A stretch of DNA of 62,984 nucleotides, filler included, from Octopus bimaculoides (Eukaryota), in NCBI RefSeq assembly GCF_001194135.2. It is 5 parts of 5 records of this genome, joined end to end, with 100 filler letters (N's around TTAATTAATTAA, not from the genome) between each part and the next. Parts side by side here need not be neighbours in the genome. Positions count along the whole stretch, not along the records: positions 61,332 to 62,984 come from NC_068986.1; 4 more parts are not named here. The stretch is one strand, 5' to 3'. Position 1 is the stretch's first letter. Every line of letters starts with the position of its first letter. The notes beneath the pieces are model-generated. The model did no database searches, was not told the origin of the DNA, and saw nothing but the letters and a program-made list of their open reading frames with translations. The position numbers and the translations under genes were made by a program. Of the stretch, positions 61,575-62,984 are shown piece by piece.

Positions 61575-61930
61575 AGAGCACTCAGAGAGCGCAAACCTCC
61601 ACCAAAGTAACACTAATGTACTCTCAACGATTAGCTGGAGATGATTTTTAAAATGAGAAAATCTGAAATAAAATTGTCTGCTGTCACAAATGGGAATACT
61701 AAAAATGAACCCGACCACTCTCAAAAATTAAGTAAAAAAACCCAGAGAAATAATCCAGAATCCTTGTCCAGTACTGCATCGATCCCAAAATCCAATCAGT
61801 TTATGCCAGTCACAAGGTCAAACAACTCTGAAAGTTTCATCCGAATCTATACTGCGGTTCTTGAGATATCTTGTCCACAGACAAACAAACCCAACTGAAA
61901 ACAATACCTCTGCCTTCACTATGGTAATAA
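61575..61930 (-). mobile_element. Third copy of the same HINE-like element
   Basis: Colinear with 18965-19345 (gagcactcagagagcgcaaacctccacca ... gaaaacaatacctctgccttc). Confidence 0.7.
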
Positions 61931-62357
61931 AAGAACAGTCGAAAAAGTCTTCTTTAAATTCTATATTTCATTGTTAGCTGTTGCAATATTTCAATTGGAT
62001 AGACAATTCTACAATTCAAACTATAAATCAAAAATGTCAAAGATGCAAAATATGAAGAATTCTTTACCTTTCTCTGAAATCACAAAATCGAGGAAAAAAT
62101 AATACTTTGCAAAATAAAAAATACCTCGATTACAAACTAGTTACAACTGAAGAATTGAGATGCTTGGTGACAGTGAGCAAAGAATATCTATATCCTTATA
62201 TATAATCATAGATAGATACAACACACATAAGCTTCCGTGTGTGTGTGTGCACGCACATGCGCCTATGCCTTGCTTTTGGTACAGAAAGAATTTTGTCTCC
62301 AGATTTTATTGCCTTAGGAGGTCAAAGGCCACTGTTCTGGGTACAAAGTGGCCAGCT

Positions 62358-62409
<52 letters not shown>

Positions 62410-62984
62410 GAAGAGAGAAAGTGGGAGAGACAGAGAGATTAAGAGATGTGTGTCTGTTTGGCACACGTCCATCTATCTATCAACCCGAGTTGACCAAAGC
62501 CTTGTGAATGGATTTGGTAGATAGAAGCAGAAAAAAGCCAGTCGTATATATGTGTGTATGTATACATGTATGTATGTATGAATGAATGTGTGTACGTATG
62601 CCTGTATCTGTATGTAAGGAAGATGTGTTCTTGTCTGTCTCCTGTCCAAGCTTGATTTATGCGTTCACCACCACAACCTCATTTATGCTTCAATGGCTTG
62701 TTTGCGTTACCAATTTTGACCCTCCGCAAAATCCCAAATTTTATTTAATTTGCATTGCAGGAGCAACTGTTTTATCGAAAGCGTATCTTGTTAAATGCTT
62801 GAAATAAGAGAGTAGAGAAACAACCACCAACTGATAAAAGTTCGTTCTTTATGTTGTTCGTCTTGTTTTCTATTTGTGTCTTTCGTTGTTCGAAAAAATA
62901 GTTCGTATTCCATGTGCTCATGCTTCGTATTTTTTGTTGTACACATTTTGTGACGTCCTGAGCCCACATATGTATATATATATA

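Noticed and set aside
60480-62984. Search for the AMACR terminal exon (GL...Q...WP...F...KT..EW)
   Set aside because: No matching frame was found after 56055; it is probably beyond a join or outside the window.

Overview
Eukaryotic, repeat- and microsatellite-rich genomic DNA, most likely from an octopus. That assignment is inferred from the SINE/RTE/mariner repeat families, dense (TA)n/(CA)n/(AAT)n/(GAT)n tracts and low GC. Four identical artificial 100-nt joins (N44-TTAATTAATTAA-N44) cut the window into five assembly blocks: 1-24249, 24350-32391, 32492-41981, 42082-61231 and 61332-62984. Block 1 holds seven consecutive, phase-compatible coding exons (953 nt, TM1 to TM5) of an anoctamin/TMEM16 gene most similar to ANO7, on the minus strand, with one GC-AG intron. 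Its 5' exons are not visible and its 3' exons lie left of the window. Block 4 holds the first five coding exons (742 nt) of alpha-methylacyl-CoA racemase (AMACR) on the plus strand; the last exon was not found. The rest is intronic or intergenic transposon debris: mariner, Tc1 and hAT DNA elements, R4/Dong, RTE, Tx1 and Penelope retroelement fragments, Helentron-type HINEs and tRNA-derived SINEs. I found no convincing new multi-gene system. The most interesting signals are the GC-AG intron, several intronic fold-back structures (candidate ADAR substrates), precisely reconstructable nested insertions, a SINE inversion, an orphan exon candidate and a CCAAT-box promoter candidate in the middle blocks.
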